A DNA stretch of 64,000 nt, taken from IMG/VR virus record IMGVR_UViG_3300031993_000027, positions 1-64,000 of that record. One strand, given 5' to 3'. A program made the translations under genes and the position numbers. Shown piece by piece: positions 8,938-18,048 of the stretch. The number at the start of each line of letters is the position of its first letter. The first letter of the stretch is position 1. The notes below the pieces were generated by a model. The model was not told the DNA's origin. It made no database searches and saw nothing but the letters and a program-made list of their open reading frames with translations. Source of the stretch: a virus. Taxonomy: Duplodnaviria; Caudoviricetes.

Positions 8938-8966
8938 TCTTAACGAATAAGACGGTTTGAATCTCC
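8938..8966 (-). promoter_or_regulatory. phage-specific promoter, GGAGATTCAA-N11-CGTTAAGA
   Basis: Conserved bipartite motif upstream of the sbcD RBS. Confidence 0.8.
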
Positions 8967-8970
8967 GATT

Positions 8971-9043
8971 GTTAGGGTAGTAGCAATTTACACAAACGAC
9001 TACCCTAACTATTGTGCAACTTGTCAACTAGGTATTAGGGTAG
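8971..9043. promoter_or_regulatory. cluster of three CTACCCTA boxes in the divergent intergenic region
   Basis: TAGGGTAG at 8973, CTACCCTA at 9000, TAGGGTAG at 9036. Confidence 0.6.
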
Positions 9044-9107
9044 AATAATGATAATCTTAAATCACACACCAAACAATACAAGATGCAACGCAAATGGAGG
9101 TTTTTCT

Positions 9108-9755
9108 ATGAACGATTTTATTAATGAACATTTTTCCGAGTTAGATAACTATATCAAGTCTGTCGCTAGAAGGTTCTCGTACAGCATCCGTGGAATGGAG
9201 ACTGACGACTTGTATCAGGAACTTTGGCTTGACGTTTGTTCCAAGAACTATACTGAAATGCCTTTGGCGATAACAGCCATCCGTAATAAGGCTAAAGATA
9301 TCTACTTCAAGGAGAAGGTTCATCTTTCCGACAGATATCTTACCGACGACGAAACCCTCTGTGATATCTTCCTCTTGGAAGAAACTTTGGATGAATATCT
9401 CTTCTATATTTCCAACGATGACGAGCATGACAGGGACACTCTCGCTGACATACGCAAGATAGTGGATTCCTTGGATGGTAAGTACAGGAAGTACGTTATC
9501 TGCAAGATGTATCTTGACTGCAATATCGAGGAGTACGAGGACGAGTTCAACAGCATTACTGCTAATCTTCCTAAGAATCAGAAGGACGAACTTCTCGGAC
9601 GTAAAAAGATTGTCAAGAACGATTCACAGAGGAACTTTACTGGTCTCGGTATCGACACCTTGATTTCCAAGTATGTCCTGAATTTCACATCGAAGAACTA
9701 CATCTATACCTTCAAGAGAGACCTGAAGGAGAAGTTCGCACAGGCTCTTGCCTAA
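9108..9755 (+). CDS. ECF-like RNA polymerase sigma factor
   Basis: Region-2-like YIKSVARRF...TDDLYQELWL...AIRNKAKD; region-4-like IRKIVDSLDGKYR; GGAGG SD. Confidence 0.6.
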   Translation: MNDFINEHFSELDNYIKSVARRFSYSIRGMETDDLYQELWLDVCSKNYTEMPLAITAIRNKAKDIYFKEKVHLSDRYLTDDETLCDIFLLEETLDEYLFYISNDDEHDRDTLADIRKIVDSLDGKYRKYVICKMYLDCNIEEYEDEFNSITANLPKNQKDELLGRKKIVKNDSQRNFTGLGIDTLISKYVLNFTSKNYIYTFKRDLKEKFAQALA

Positions 9756-9756
9756 C

Positions 9757-9796
9757 ATTACAGCAGTATTACAGGTAGATTGCAGAGAGATTACAT
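9757..9796 (+). repeat. four ATT(A/G)CA direct repeats at 11-bp period
   Basis: Copies at 9757, 9768, 9779 and 9790. Confidence 0.6.
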
Positions 9797-9830
9797 TTGT
9801 AAACTTTCTGTTAAGTCTACCCTATACCTG

Positions 9831-9866
9831 TTGACATATACTACCCTACGTGGTAAGGTTAGGGTA
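9831..9866 (+). promoter_or_regulatory. sigmaA promoter with CTACCCTA box
   Basis: TTGACA-N17-TAAGGT with extended TG; boxes at 9817 and 9841, inverted TAGGGTA at 9860. Confidence 0.7.
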
Positions 9867-9897
9867 CAATACTACTATATGTTTAGGAGGAACGCCT

Positions 9898-10566
9898 ATG
9901 AGATTTGTTTACAGTGATGGTGGCAGGAGCAACTACTTCAAAGCCACAAAGGTTGGAGATTGTGTAGTACGTGCTATCGCCAATGCCACAGGGATTGACT
10001 ACAAGGCTGTCTATGACAGTATCAATGCCTTGGCTAAGAATGAGCGCAAGAGCAAGTATAAGAAATCACAATCAAGAAACGGAGTACGCAGGACTACCGC
10101 AAAGAAGTATCTTGAATCCCTCGGTTGGGTATGGAAGCCGTGTATGACCATTGGTTCAGGTTGTCAGGTTCACCTTACAGAATCCGAACTCCCTTCAGGC
10201 AATCTGATTCTATCCCTGTCTAAGCACTTCACCTGTGTTAAGGATGGAGTTCTCTACGATACCTACGATTGTAGCAGGGACGGTGACAGATGCGTATACG
10301 GTTATTGGTACAAGCCAAATCTCGATGCCGAATGGACTGTGTTAGGAAGAGTTGTTACGTCAATTCAAAAACAACAGTTCCATGAGGGAGATATCGCAAT
10401 CCTTCATACCAATAGCCACGATTGGAAGGTCAAGGTTATTATTCCTTTTCAGGAAGAGGACGGTTCTTGGTATTACGAGGTTGAGTGTATTGACCCTGAA
10501 GTATCAGAGTGCGTTCGTAAGAACTTTCACAGAGACGTTGCACAAGACAGATTAAGGAGGGTGTAA
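9898..10566 (+). CDS. hypothetical protein with possible papain-like Cys-His-Asp domain
   Basis: GDCVVRAIA...SKHFTCV.DG.LYDT; AGGAGG SD. Confidence 0.6.
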   Translation: MRFVYSDGGRSNYFKATKVGDCVVRAIANATGIDYKAVYDSINALAKNERKSKYKKSQSRNGVRRTTAKKYLESLGWVWKPCMTIGSGCQVHLTESELPSGNLILSLSKHFTCVKDGVLYDTYDCSRDGDRCVYGYWYKPNLDAEWTVLGRVVTSIQKQQFHEGDIAILHTNSHDWKVKVIIPFQEEDGSWYYEVECIDPEVSECVRKNFHRDVAQDRLRRV

Positions 10567-10567
10567 T

Positions 10568-11059
10568 ATGGCAAAGACAAAATGGGCTACCACTAGAAAG
10601 TGGGATGCAAGCAAGGTAGAAGTTGAATTTGAGAAGAGGCTTGCAAAAGATGGATTCAGCATCAAAGGCATTAAGGAGTATACTACTCTGACCGCCTATC
10701 TTATAGAAAAGGACGGAATAGAAACAGAATTTCGTATCTGTCATACAGGGGGAATATCGGTTGTTGACTTATACAATAGTTTCCTCTCTTTCCACAAAGT
10801 TAGTGAAGAATACTACAAGGTTAAAACAGAGTATGAGAAGAAAATGAAAAAAGATAACGAGGCGAAGCAAATGTCACGTGATGAATACACATCAAAAGAA
10901 ATGCAGTGGTGCTCCTCTGTGTTGAAGGGAATTGATTTAAGGATAAGGCAAAACATGGATATGTTTAGTCGTATTGATATCACAGCGTTAAGGATGGCAG
11001 TAGCCATAATAGAGGAAACGATTTCAAAGCAGGAGCATTTTGAAAAGGAGGTAAAATGA
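10568..11059 (+). CDS. hypothetical protein
   Basis: AAGGAGG SD. Confidence 0.65.
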   Translation: MAKTKWATTRKWDASKVEVEFEKRLAKDGFSIKGIKEYTTLTAYLIEKDGIETEFRICHTGGISVVDLYNSFLSFHKVSEEYYKVKTEYEKKMKKDNEAKQMSRDEYTSKEMQWCSSVLKGIDLRIRQNMDMFSRIDITALRMAVAIIEETISKQEHFEKEVK

Positions 11060-11060
11060 T

Positions 11061-11327
11061 ATGGCAAAATCTATGACAGTAAGAGCGTTGATGCACGAGT
11101 ATTGGATGAACAATCCTGACGGTCACTTCTTCGACCCTAAAACACTACGTTTCTTTGGAGAAACTATCTCCGATATGCGTATCGAAGGAGTAAAAGAGAT
11201 AGAGACATACAGGGGAGAAAAGCATCAGTGTTATGTCCTGTCTTCCCTTCAGAAGAATCACCCGATGGGTGCAACAAGAGTTAATCATTATTTCGATGTG
11301 AACACGTTTGAGTTCATACCACAGTAA
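11061..11327 (+). CDS. hypothetical protein
   Basis: AAGGAGG SD; GHFFD..TLRFFG. Confidence 0.7.
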   Translation: MAKSMTVRALMHEYWMNNPDGHFFDPKTLRFFGETISDMRIEGVKEIETYRGEKHQCYVLSSLQKNHPMGATRVNHYFDVNTFEFIPQ

Positions 11328-11342
11328 GAGAGGAGAATCAGT

Positions 11343-11558
11343 ATGGGCATTTTTGACAAAAAGGTAAAGTATGAAGAGATAGTATCCGTTGCTACGGATA
11401 AGATTGCCAAGGTGAGGCATTACGGAGAAACTATCAGCCGTATCTCGTTGCTTCAGTACATCTATCAGTTCTTCGCTAGTAAGCGTGGACAGGTAGACTT
11501 CCATGACGCTATGGATGTAGTCGAGGCTTTCTATATGTCAGGTGACGTAAAAGCCTGA
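11343..11558 (+). CDS. hypothetical protein
   Basis: GAGGAG SD. Confidence 0.65.
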   Translation: MGIFDKKVKYEEIVSVATDKIAKVRHYGETISRISLLQYIYQFFASKRGQVDFHDAMDVVEAFYMSGDVKA

Positions 11559-11582
11559 CATATAATCGTAATAAATATCTTC

Positions 11583-11611
11583 TTGACATATACTACCCTA
11601 TCGCTTATAAT
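11583..11611 (+). promoter_or_regulatory. sigmaA promoter with CTACCCTA box
   Basis: Perfect TTGACA-N17-TATAAT; box at 11593. Confidence 0.85.
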
Positions 11612-11643
11612 CAAGATAACTACTAGGACAGGAGGTACAGACC

Positions 11644-11808
11644 ATGACAATTTTCAAGTTCTTGTTTTGGGGATTCAATCTCCTTCTTGCTTGCAAATGG
11701 ACTGTCTTCTCTATCGAGTGGTTAGAGACGGACAAGCCTAGCAGAGAGTGTTATTGGAAGTACGTTCTCCGCAGGATGTTTCCTGAATTTTACGACAGGT
11801 TTTTGTGA
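11644..11808 (+). CDS. small hydrophobic protein (54 aa)
   Basis: AGGAGG SD; first gene after the promoter. Confidence 0.6.
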   Translation: MTIFKFLFWGFNLLLACKWTVFSIEWLETDKPSRECYWKYVLRRMFPEFYDRFL

Positions 11809-11822
11809 TAGGAGGAATTGCT

Positions 11823-11987
11823 AATGGATAAGTTTAACAGTTTGATGACCTGCTTTATGTTGGTCTTCTTCACTTCTCTTATGGGAGTTATCTTCCTTTG
11901 GTTCGAGAAGGAAATGGGTGGCAGTCTCATAGACGACCTTAGAAATCTTTTCAGAACCACTGGTGATTCTAAGAAGCAGATTCGTTA
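11823..11987 (+). CDS. small membrane protein (54 aa)
   Basis: AGGAGG SD; hydrophobic N-terminal half. Confidence 0.6.
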
Positions 11988-11990
11988 AGA
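11962..11990 (+). promoter_or_regulatory. phage-specific promoter, GGTGATTCTA-N11-CGTTAAGA
   Basis: Conserved bipartite motif. Confidence 0.7.
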
Positions 11991-12111
11991 GAATTAGGTG
12001 GGAGTGCCTCAACGTGCCGAGGACTTTAAAAGAGGGTGTTCCTTCGCTGTGAATGGCTAGGATTGTAATTGAGACCCGAACCCCCCTTCTCCTTTTAAAT
12101 GCGAGGTGACT

Positions 12112-12396
12112 ATGATGAACGAGATTTTGATTTATCCATATAAGTTCGTAGCCGAAAAGGTTACTACTAACTTGTACTTGATTCGCATATCCAAGTTGAA
12201 GACCGTATGGTTTGAACATCTTCATGGGAGTAAGACCTTCGAGTTTGACCGTGAAGTAGGTTGGATGAAAACAAGTAAGTATTGGGCATTAGATATGCCG
12301 AGACCGTTTGATTACCACGACTTCTATACATGGTGTAAGGAGTGGTTAGAGAATAAGCAGGAGGAACAGAGAAGTGTTGAAACAGAAGTTGTATGA
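12112..12396 (+). CDS. hypothetical protein
   Basis: GAGGTG SD. Confidence 0.6.
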   Translation: MMNEILIYPYKFVAEKVTTNLYLIRISKLKTVWFEHLHGSKTFEFDREVGWMKTSKYWALDMPRPFDYHDFYTWCKEWLENKQEEQRSVETEVV

Positions 12397-12715
12397 AAAG
12401 ATTGAGTATTTGGAAGAAACTGCCAAGACCTATTGGCGGTACGCCAAATACGACAAAGAGGGACTTGCTTCAAGATACGAACAGGATGCCCTCAAATTTG
12501 ATAAGAAAGCCGACTTGTTTCGTTCTTACATTGACAGGATTGATAAGGGAGAACCCATCTGTAATTGTGAAAACTGTGTTTTCTACAATCCTAATTATGT
12601 AGACAAAGACAAGCGTACAGGAATCGAGTTTCATTGTAACTATTGTGAACAGAAGAACCTTGCTTGCTATGACACAGAGTTCGTTCTGTTCTGTGAATCT
12701 ATGAAGGAGCGTTGA
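12374..12715 (+). CDS. Cys-rich hypothetical protein
   Basis: AGGAGG SD; CxxC motifs. Confidence 0.6.
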   Translation: MLKQKLYEKIEYLEETAKTYWRYAKYDKEGLASRYEQDALKFDKKADLFRSYIDRIDKGEPICNCENCVFYNPNYVDKDKRTGIEFHCNYCEQKNLACYDTEFVLFCESMKER

Positions 12716-12897
12716 TATATATGATGGAGTATTTCGTTGGAGACTTTAGATTTGAGTTGGATAACGACAGTTGTACTATCCACATCTTTGAGCATAACTA
12801 TAACACCTACGAGAGAATAGATTCGTTCTATGGCACTTTCCCGATGGGCAAGAATTTGTTCAAGGCGTGGTGTGAGAACTGGTACGCCAATAACTAG
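12712..12897 (+). CDS. hypothetical protein
   Basis: Coupled ORF. Confidence 0.55.
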   Translation: MIYMMEYFVGDFRFELDNDSCTIHIFEHNYNTYERIDSFYGTFPMGKNLFKAWCENWYANN

Positions 12898-12907
12898 GAG
12901 GAATAAA

Positions 12908-13171
12908 ATGTACAAGCCACCCATAGAGATAGAATCTTATGATAATTTTATAGAAGAAACGTCTAAGGAATTTGCGAATCAAATTGAAAAAGAGACCTTC
13001 AACGTCATTCAAAGATTCGGTATCGTTGTTGATAGGGAAGAACTCATAAAAGCATTGAGATATGATAGAGATTCCTATACCAAAGGATATAACGATGCTT
13101 TAAAACACGTTTCTAAGAGAGTATCGGAACTTATTGAAGAATGTATGATTAAAACCGAGGAGGGCGAGTAA
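12908..13171 (+). CDS. hypothetical protein
   Basis: AGGAGG SD; DREELIKALRYDRDSYTKGY. Confidence 0.65.
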   Translation: MYKPPIEIESYDNFIEETSKEFANQIEKETFNVIQRFGIVVDREELIKALRYDRDSYTKGYNDALKHVSKRVSELIEECMIKTEEGE

Positions 13172-13455
13172 TGAAACTATTACCATTAGTTTGTAGTCAG
13201 TGTGGGGGTCACTTAGACCCTGAAACCTTCACCTGTAAATCCTGCGGTACATCATTCGTTTCTAAACTGGGCAATCTGACATTCATTCAGGTTGAAGTTG
13301 GAGATATGGCATTTAACCAAGTGAATATGTATATGGAAAAAATACAACAGGAAATAAAAGCCAATGTAGGAGAAGACGAGAAGTTTATCATTCTTCCTAC
13401 AAGAAATGGCATGGGTGCTGTAACGGTAAAGCAGTTTAAGTATTTAAAGGAGTAA
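13171..13455 (+). CDS. zinc-ribbon protein
   Basis: CSQCGG...CKSCGT. Confidence 0.65.
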   Translation: MKLLPLVCSQCGGHLDPETFTCKSCGTSFVSKLGNLTFIQVEVGDMAFNQVNMYMEKIQQEIKANVGEDEKFIILPTRNGMGAVTVKQFKYLKE

Positions 13456-13460
13456 CAAAG

Positions 13461-14108
13461 ATGGGAATAGAAAAGGTTAAAAACTGTCCGAATTGTGGAG
13501 GCATCCTGAACGATTCGGGTTGTTGTTTATTCTGTGGAAGTAGGGTCTATGACTTTGCTGACCTTTACCTTGCCACAGAAGATATCCCTATACATTCTGA
13601 TGTTTACATCGGAATAACAGACCATCAAGAGAAAACAACATTCTATCCTGCCTATAATTCTAGTGCTCTTTTTGATTTTAGTTATGATAATGATGTTTAT
13701 GTAGATTTATGGGGCAGGAGCACACGTTTTAGAAGACCTCCTTCTGTTTCCATAAGTCTTAGTTTTTATCTAACAGGAAATCCTATTGAAAACATTATGG
13801 AGGACAAAGAAGGAGAGATATGTCCTAACTGCGGTGGTCACTATGATTCCTTCGGAAGATGTACTTCCTGTGGAAGCAAGATATATCACTTCTCGCTTAT
13901 TCCGATAACTCTTCCTTATTATCGTCAGGCAAAGAAAGAAGGGAAGCAGTATATCAGAGCAAGAGCAAACAACGAGATAATTCAATTTCCTGTGAAATAT
14001 GTATCTGAATGCGAAAGAACATTTCGTGGAGGTATATATGACGAACTCATTGTAACGTTTGAGACTTACGAAGATGAAATCATAAAGGAGACAATAGATG
14101 AAAGTTAG
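13461..14108 (+). CDS. protein with two tandem zinc-ribbon modules
   Basis: CPNCGG...C..CGS.(V/I)Y.F occurs twice. Confidence 0.65.
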   Translation: MGIEKVKNCPNCGGILNDSGCCLFCGSRVYDFADLYLATEDIPIHSDVYIGITDHQEKTTFYPAYNSSALFDFSYDNDVYVDLWGRSTRFRRPPSVSISLSFYLTGNPIENIMEDKEGEICPNCGGHYDSFGRCTSCGSKIYHFSLIPITLPYYRQAKKEGKQYIRARANNEIIQFPVKYVSECERTFRGGIYDELIVTFETYEDEIIKETIDES

Positions 14109-14802
14109 TAAAGAAAGAATAAGAGAACTCAATGCACTAGGAATACAATTAAGTATGGTAGTAAGTCATATAAAAGCATTTAAGGCTAAAGACGAGGAAG
14201 AGAGTTCTTTTAGAAATAGTTATATAAAGAATTTATATGAAGCATATATAGAACTTTTGAAAAGTGTAGAGGTAGAGGATATAGAGTGTGAGCAGTGTGG
14301 TAGTGCTTCTATGACCTGTTCGTTTTGTGAGTGTGGAACAGAACATACAAGAAATGGCACAAAATATAGTTTGAGTACATTACGTAAGGCTATTAAGGAG
14401 GCAGAAATGAAAGAAATTCATAACGGCATTATCGAAAAGGCAGATGTAGGATTTGACGGAGATTGGCTCTTTACCTATCACCTTCAGTTAAGAGGTGCAG
14501 GGACAGGATGTATCTTCGGAGGTCATTGTCTCGGTAAGAGAATGGAGAACAAGTTCTATTTTGATTCAAGGAGCATCGTTGCTCTTATGAAGATTCTTGA
14601 TGTAGTAGGAGCAGACAACTTCAAGGAGTTGGAAGGAAAGCCTATCAGAATTATGGAAGAGAATTGTTCAGTAATAGGCATAGGGAATTTCTTAGAGGAT
14701 AAGTGGTTTATCCCTAGAGAGTTCTTCGCAGTAAAAAAGGATTGGGAGGTCTTAGAAGATGATAACAACAGTGGAACAAAGGTTGACGAGAATCTTTGGT
14801 GA
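14098..14802 (+). CDS. hypothetical protein, apparent fusion of two cassettes (internal start at 14407)
   Basis: In-frame AAGGAGGCAGAAATG at 14395-14409. Confidence 0.6.
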   Translation: MKVSKERIRELNALGIQLSMVVSHIKAFKAKDEEESSFRNSYIKNLYEAYIELLKSVEVEDIECEQCGSASMTCSFCECGTEHTRNGTKYSLSTLRKAIKEAEMKEIHNGIIEKADVGFDGDWLFTYHLQLRGAGTGCIFGGHCLGKRMENKFYFDSRSIVALMKILDVVGADNFKELEGKPIRIMEENCSVIGIGNFLEDKWFIPREFFAVKKDWEVLEDDNNSGTKVDENLW

Positions 14803-14977
14803 AGGACACGTCAGGAAGAGCAAACAGAACCTTCCTGACAAAGTTCTGTTTATGAATGACACAACGGAAGAGAAGTGTTCTCATACAGGATATGATGTTC
14901 TCGATGGAGAAGATACGCCTAATAATTGGTGGCACTGCTATGTTGACATGGCAGGACGTTACCACTTGGACAGATAA
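14759..14977 (+). CDS. hypothetical protein
   Basis: GGAGG SD; overlaps the previous gene. Confidence 0.5.
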   Translation: MITTVEQRLTRIFGEGHVRKSKQNLPDKVLFMNDTTEEKCSHTGYDVLDGEDTPNNWWHCYVDMAGRYHLDR

Positions 14978-14986
14978 GGAATTACT

Positions 14987-15454
14987 ATGGGATATCGTTT
15001 AAATGTTTACAGAGTTACCAAAGCAGACCTAGAGAGCGAAGGTTGGAACGACGAACACGAAGGTATCTTTAGTCAGGAGTTCCTTTATAACACAGGGTCT
15101 TTTATCGCAGAGACATACAAGTTTATCGGTTACTACAACATAGACGTTGAACACCTGAAGAGTTTGCAATACCTTATAAAACTCGGAAAACTTGATACGG
15201 ATTACGGAGTGGATGATTGGGGTCATATACTATTTTCGGGACACCGTTCTCTTACTTATCCGCTAACCGCAGAAGAGTTCAGGAAGTTCTTTGACCTATA
15301 TAACGAAGATATCAACGACTATCAATTCTCGCCACAAGACCTTGGATATAAAACATACAAGAAGCCTTGGACGCTTGATAGTTGGAAAGATGGAGCACCT
15401 GCTCTAGTTAAGGCTTACTATGATAACGACTATAAACTTTTGATTTGGGAGTGA
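14987..15454 (+). CDS. hypothetical protein
   Basis: AAGGA SD, 155 aa. Confidence 0.65.
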   Translation: MGYRLNVYRVTKADLESEGWNDEHEGIFSQEFLYNTGSFIAETYKFIGYYNIDVEHLKSLQYLIKLGKLDTDYGVDDWGHILFSGHRSLTYPLTAEEFRKFFDLYNEDINDYQFSPQDLGYKTYKKPWTLDSWKDGAPALVKAYYDNDYKLLIWE

Positions 15455-15460
15455 TTTACT

Positions 15461-16132
15461 ATGGACATAATTTACGGTGGAAGAGGACAAGGAAAGACTG
15501 TCACGCTTGTCAAGTACAGTGCAGAAAAAAGAATCCCTATCGTTGTGTATAACGAACCTTCTCGTAGGCGCATACTCGATATAGCGTATAATCTAGGGGT
15601 ACGCATTCCCGAACCTATATCCATTGAAAAGATACGTTCAGGAAGAGCAAGAGCCTCTCATGTTGATAAGTGTGTGTTGGACGACATAGAGCGTATTCTT
15701 TATGATTCTCTTGACGGTATCAGCGTACAGGCTTTTACCATAGATACAGAAACGCTTAACACTGTTAAGGCAAAAACAGGAGAGAAAAAGAAGCCTAGTT
15801 TTCCTAAATTAAAGACTATTTATAAGAATTGGGTGTCCAAGCAGTACCACAAACTGTACGGTGATGTTCCGATTGTTCCAAATATAACAGTTTGCAGAAG
15901 GGATGTTGTTACCTTGTGTGGACAGCATATCATTCCCAATCCTCTTTGTTGCCCTCCTGACTTTTTCGACGAAAATGGCATACCGACAGAAACCTTTGTT
16001 AACTATGCTGTTGACGAGTTTCTTCGTGGTCATCTGAAGAATATTGCGGATTGTGTAGAGGTCAAGCACGATTATTCTGATTACGGAGAACCTTCTCTTC
16101 GCTTTAGTCTCCATATAGCAAGAAATAAATAA
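15461..16132 (+). CDS. minimal P-loop NTPase-like protein
   Basis: YGGRGQGKT Walker A at the extreme N-terminus; CVLDD Walker B-like. Confidence 0.6.
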   Translation: MDIIYGGRGQGKTVTLVKYSAEKRIPIVVYNEPSRRRILDIAYNLGVRIPEPISIEKIRSGRARASHVDKCVLDDIERILYDSLDGISVQAFTIDTETLNTVKAKTGEKKKPSFPKLKTIYKNWVSKQYHKLYGDVPIVPNITVCRRDVVTLCGQHIIPNPLCCPPDFFDENGIPTETFVNYAVDEFLRGHLKNIADCVEVKHDYSDYGEPSLRFSLHIARNK

Positions 16133-16147
16133 AAGGAGGAACTTACA

Positions 16148-16510
16148 GTGTCAAAAGATTATAAAATAGGAGAAGAAATTAAAAACCATGTGTTGGAAGG
16201 TTTGATGGCTTCTTATAACGAAGGTTATGATGATGGTTACAATAAAGGCTATATGGATGCTAAAAGGGATATAACAAAGTCTTTTAGAAAATCCGAATGG
16301 TTTCTTCCTGATGATTCTGAAAAGTGTTGTGTCGCTGAAGAATCTAGCAACAAGCCTCGCTCTTGTTTAAATTGTTTCAACTGTTCAAAAAGAGAAAACT
16401 TGATAGGTCAATGCTTTTGGACTTGTAACTTCGGAGAGGGAGAATTGTTAGGAGACGACGAAAAACAAGTCTGTTCTCACCCTGTCTGCAATTTTTATAT
16501 AGAGTGTTGA
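16148..16510 (+). CDS. hypothetical Cys-rich protein
   Basis: YNEGYDDGYNKGY repeat; AGGAGG SD. Confidence 0.6.
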   Translation: MSKDYKIGEEIKNHVLEGLMASYNEGYDDGYNKGYMDAKRDITKSFRKSEWFLPDDSEKCCVAEESSNKPRSCLNCFNCSKRENLIGQCFWTCNFGEGELLGDDEKQVCSHPVCNFYIEC

Positions 16511-16542
16511 CATATTCTACCCTATCCATTATACTTAGGGTA
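16507..16542 (+). promoter_or_regulatory. sigmaA promoter with CTACCCTA box
   Basis: TTGACA-N17-TATACT; box at 16517, inverted TAGGGTA at 16536. Confidence 0.8.
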
Positions 16543-16568
16543 CACTATTAATTATGGAGGTACGGAAT

Positions 16569-17099
16569 ATGTGCGATAACAAACGTTTATGGAAGTTGGC
16601 AGAGGTTGAGGAATATGTTTCCAACAACAGACCTGCTCGTGACTATGACTTTATTATGTCATATGCCTTAGACCTTCCTTTTATCAGAGAGGCAAGGGAT
16701 GACGAGCGTTGTGGATTTGTTTTTGATGGACACGGATTCGGAACAGTTCACCTTATTATCAAGGCAGAACCGTGGAATGTCAACGAGAAGACAGGTTCTT
16801 CTAACATAGGGTTCTATGTGATTACATACGACCATGGTGCTACCATTCATGTATGGGATGCTTATCAGGACGAGTACGGCATCAGAGACGGTAGCAAAGT
16901 AGGAGACTATTCTGTTGACGATATAAAAAGCCTTGATGACTTCATTAGGACACTCGAAAACGATGCTGATACTTGCCCTGTTTGTGGCAAGAAGGTCGGA
17001 AGAGAAAATATGAAGCGTTTCTGCTATGCAGGACGTTGTTGTGAAGATTGTCTTCCTGCAATGAAGAATAAGTATGAAACAGCAGGTTGGTATAACTGA
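16569..17099 (+). CDS. hypothetical protein with C-terminal zinc finger
   Basis: GGAGG SD; CPVCGK...CCEDC. Confidence 0.65.
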   Translation: MCDNKRLWKLAEVEEYVSNNRPARDYDFIMSYALDLPFIREARDDERCGFVFDGHGFGTVHLIIKAEPWNVNEKTGSSNIGFYVITYDHGATIHVWDAYQDEYGIRDGSKVGDYSVDDIKSLDDFIRTLENDADTCPVCGKKVGRENMKRFCYAGRCCEDCLPAMKNKYETAGWYN

Positions 17100-17116
17100 C
17101 AGGAAGGAGAGATAGT

Positions 17117-17506
17117 ATGACGATTAAGGATTTGCTCGGATGCTACGTAGAAACAATGTGCAGGGATACGGTTCGTATCTATGTAGTCAGACGTATAGGA
17201 AACAACGAGTTGGTCTATCAAGACCACATTTGCGACCTGAAGGAAGAATACGAAGACCTTGAAGTTTTCCACTGGTTCGCTTCCCCTATTAGGAACGAAG
17301 AGACCGACACGGAGATTACGATATTCGTAAAGGAAGATGATTACAAGGCTCTCAACATTGAAGAGGAAGACGTGTTGTTCGGAGACGATAGTGCTGTGGT
17401 CATCCACTTCGTTGATACCGCAGATGCTATAAGGGAAATCTATCCTGATTCTTTGGGCAGGTTTTCGTCAATCATAGATTACCTTAGAAAGAAGGGTCGC
17501 CTGTGA
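17117..17506 (+). CDS. hypothetical protein
   Basis: AAGGAG SD. Confidence 0.65.
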   Translation: MTIKDLLGCYVETMCRDTVRIYVVRRIGNNELVYQDHICDLKEEYEDLEVFHWFASPIRNEETDTEITIFVKEDDYKALNIEEEDVLFGDDSAVVIHFVDTADAIREIYPDSLGRFSSIIDYLRKKGRL

Positions 17507-17687
17507 ATGTCATGGTCTGTGTTATTCTCGGAGTATTCTTCTACATAGTTGCATGGGCAACAATTTTAGGAAACGTCTTATTTGTGCCGAATGAACGTAA
17601 GGACAAGTTCACTCTTAGGGCATGGATAGGAGTACATATCATAGCAATAGGAATCGTTTTTACATTTTTTATCGGGAGGTGAACATT

Positions 17688-18047
17688 ATGTCAAAGGATA
17701 GTGCGTTTGTTCTGTTCTATGCTATTTATCTACTTTTCTTTGCTGTCGCAGGAATAGTTATCTTCCTTATCATCAGGAAGAATATCAGGAAGAATCATGC
17801 CAACAACGTGAAGCGTAGAGAAGAAGAGATTCAGGCTAAGAGAGAATCTCTTATGAGGCAGATGATTCAGATGTATGTTAAGTACCATGAGAAGGGATTC
17901 GCCCCTTCATGGGTCAAGGAAGACTTTAAGAGGCTCTTTGACGAGTATCTTAAATTAAGAACATCAGAAGAGGAATTGGAAGAAGCAGAAAACTTCAGAG
18001 ATAAGTTCTATTCCCTTCCTGAATCAGAATCACAAGGAGGTAAATGA
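17688..18047 (+). CDS. membrane-anchored protein
   Basis: GGAGGTG SD; N-terminal transmembrane helix. Confidence 0.65.
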   Translation: MSKDSAFVLFYAIYLLFFAVAGIVIFLIIRKNIRKNHANNVKRREEEIQAKRESLMRQMIQMYVKYHEKGFAPSWVKEDFKRLFDEYLKLRTSEEELEEAENFRDKFYSLPESESQGGK

Positions 18048-18048
18048 T

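Noticed and set aside
11995-12095. Possible tRNA
   Set aside because: No TTC T-loop, acceptor stem or cloverleaf could be built; no tRNA was recognised anywhere in the window
13700-13709. Match to the first 10 nt of the TnpB guide
   Set aside because: Too short and AT-rich, and not preceded by GG, so probably chance
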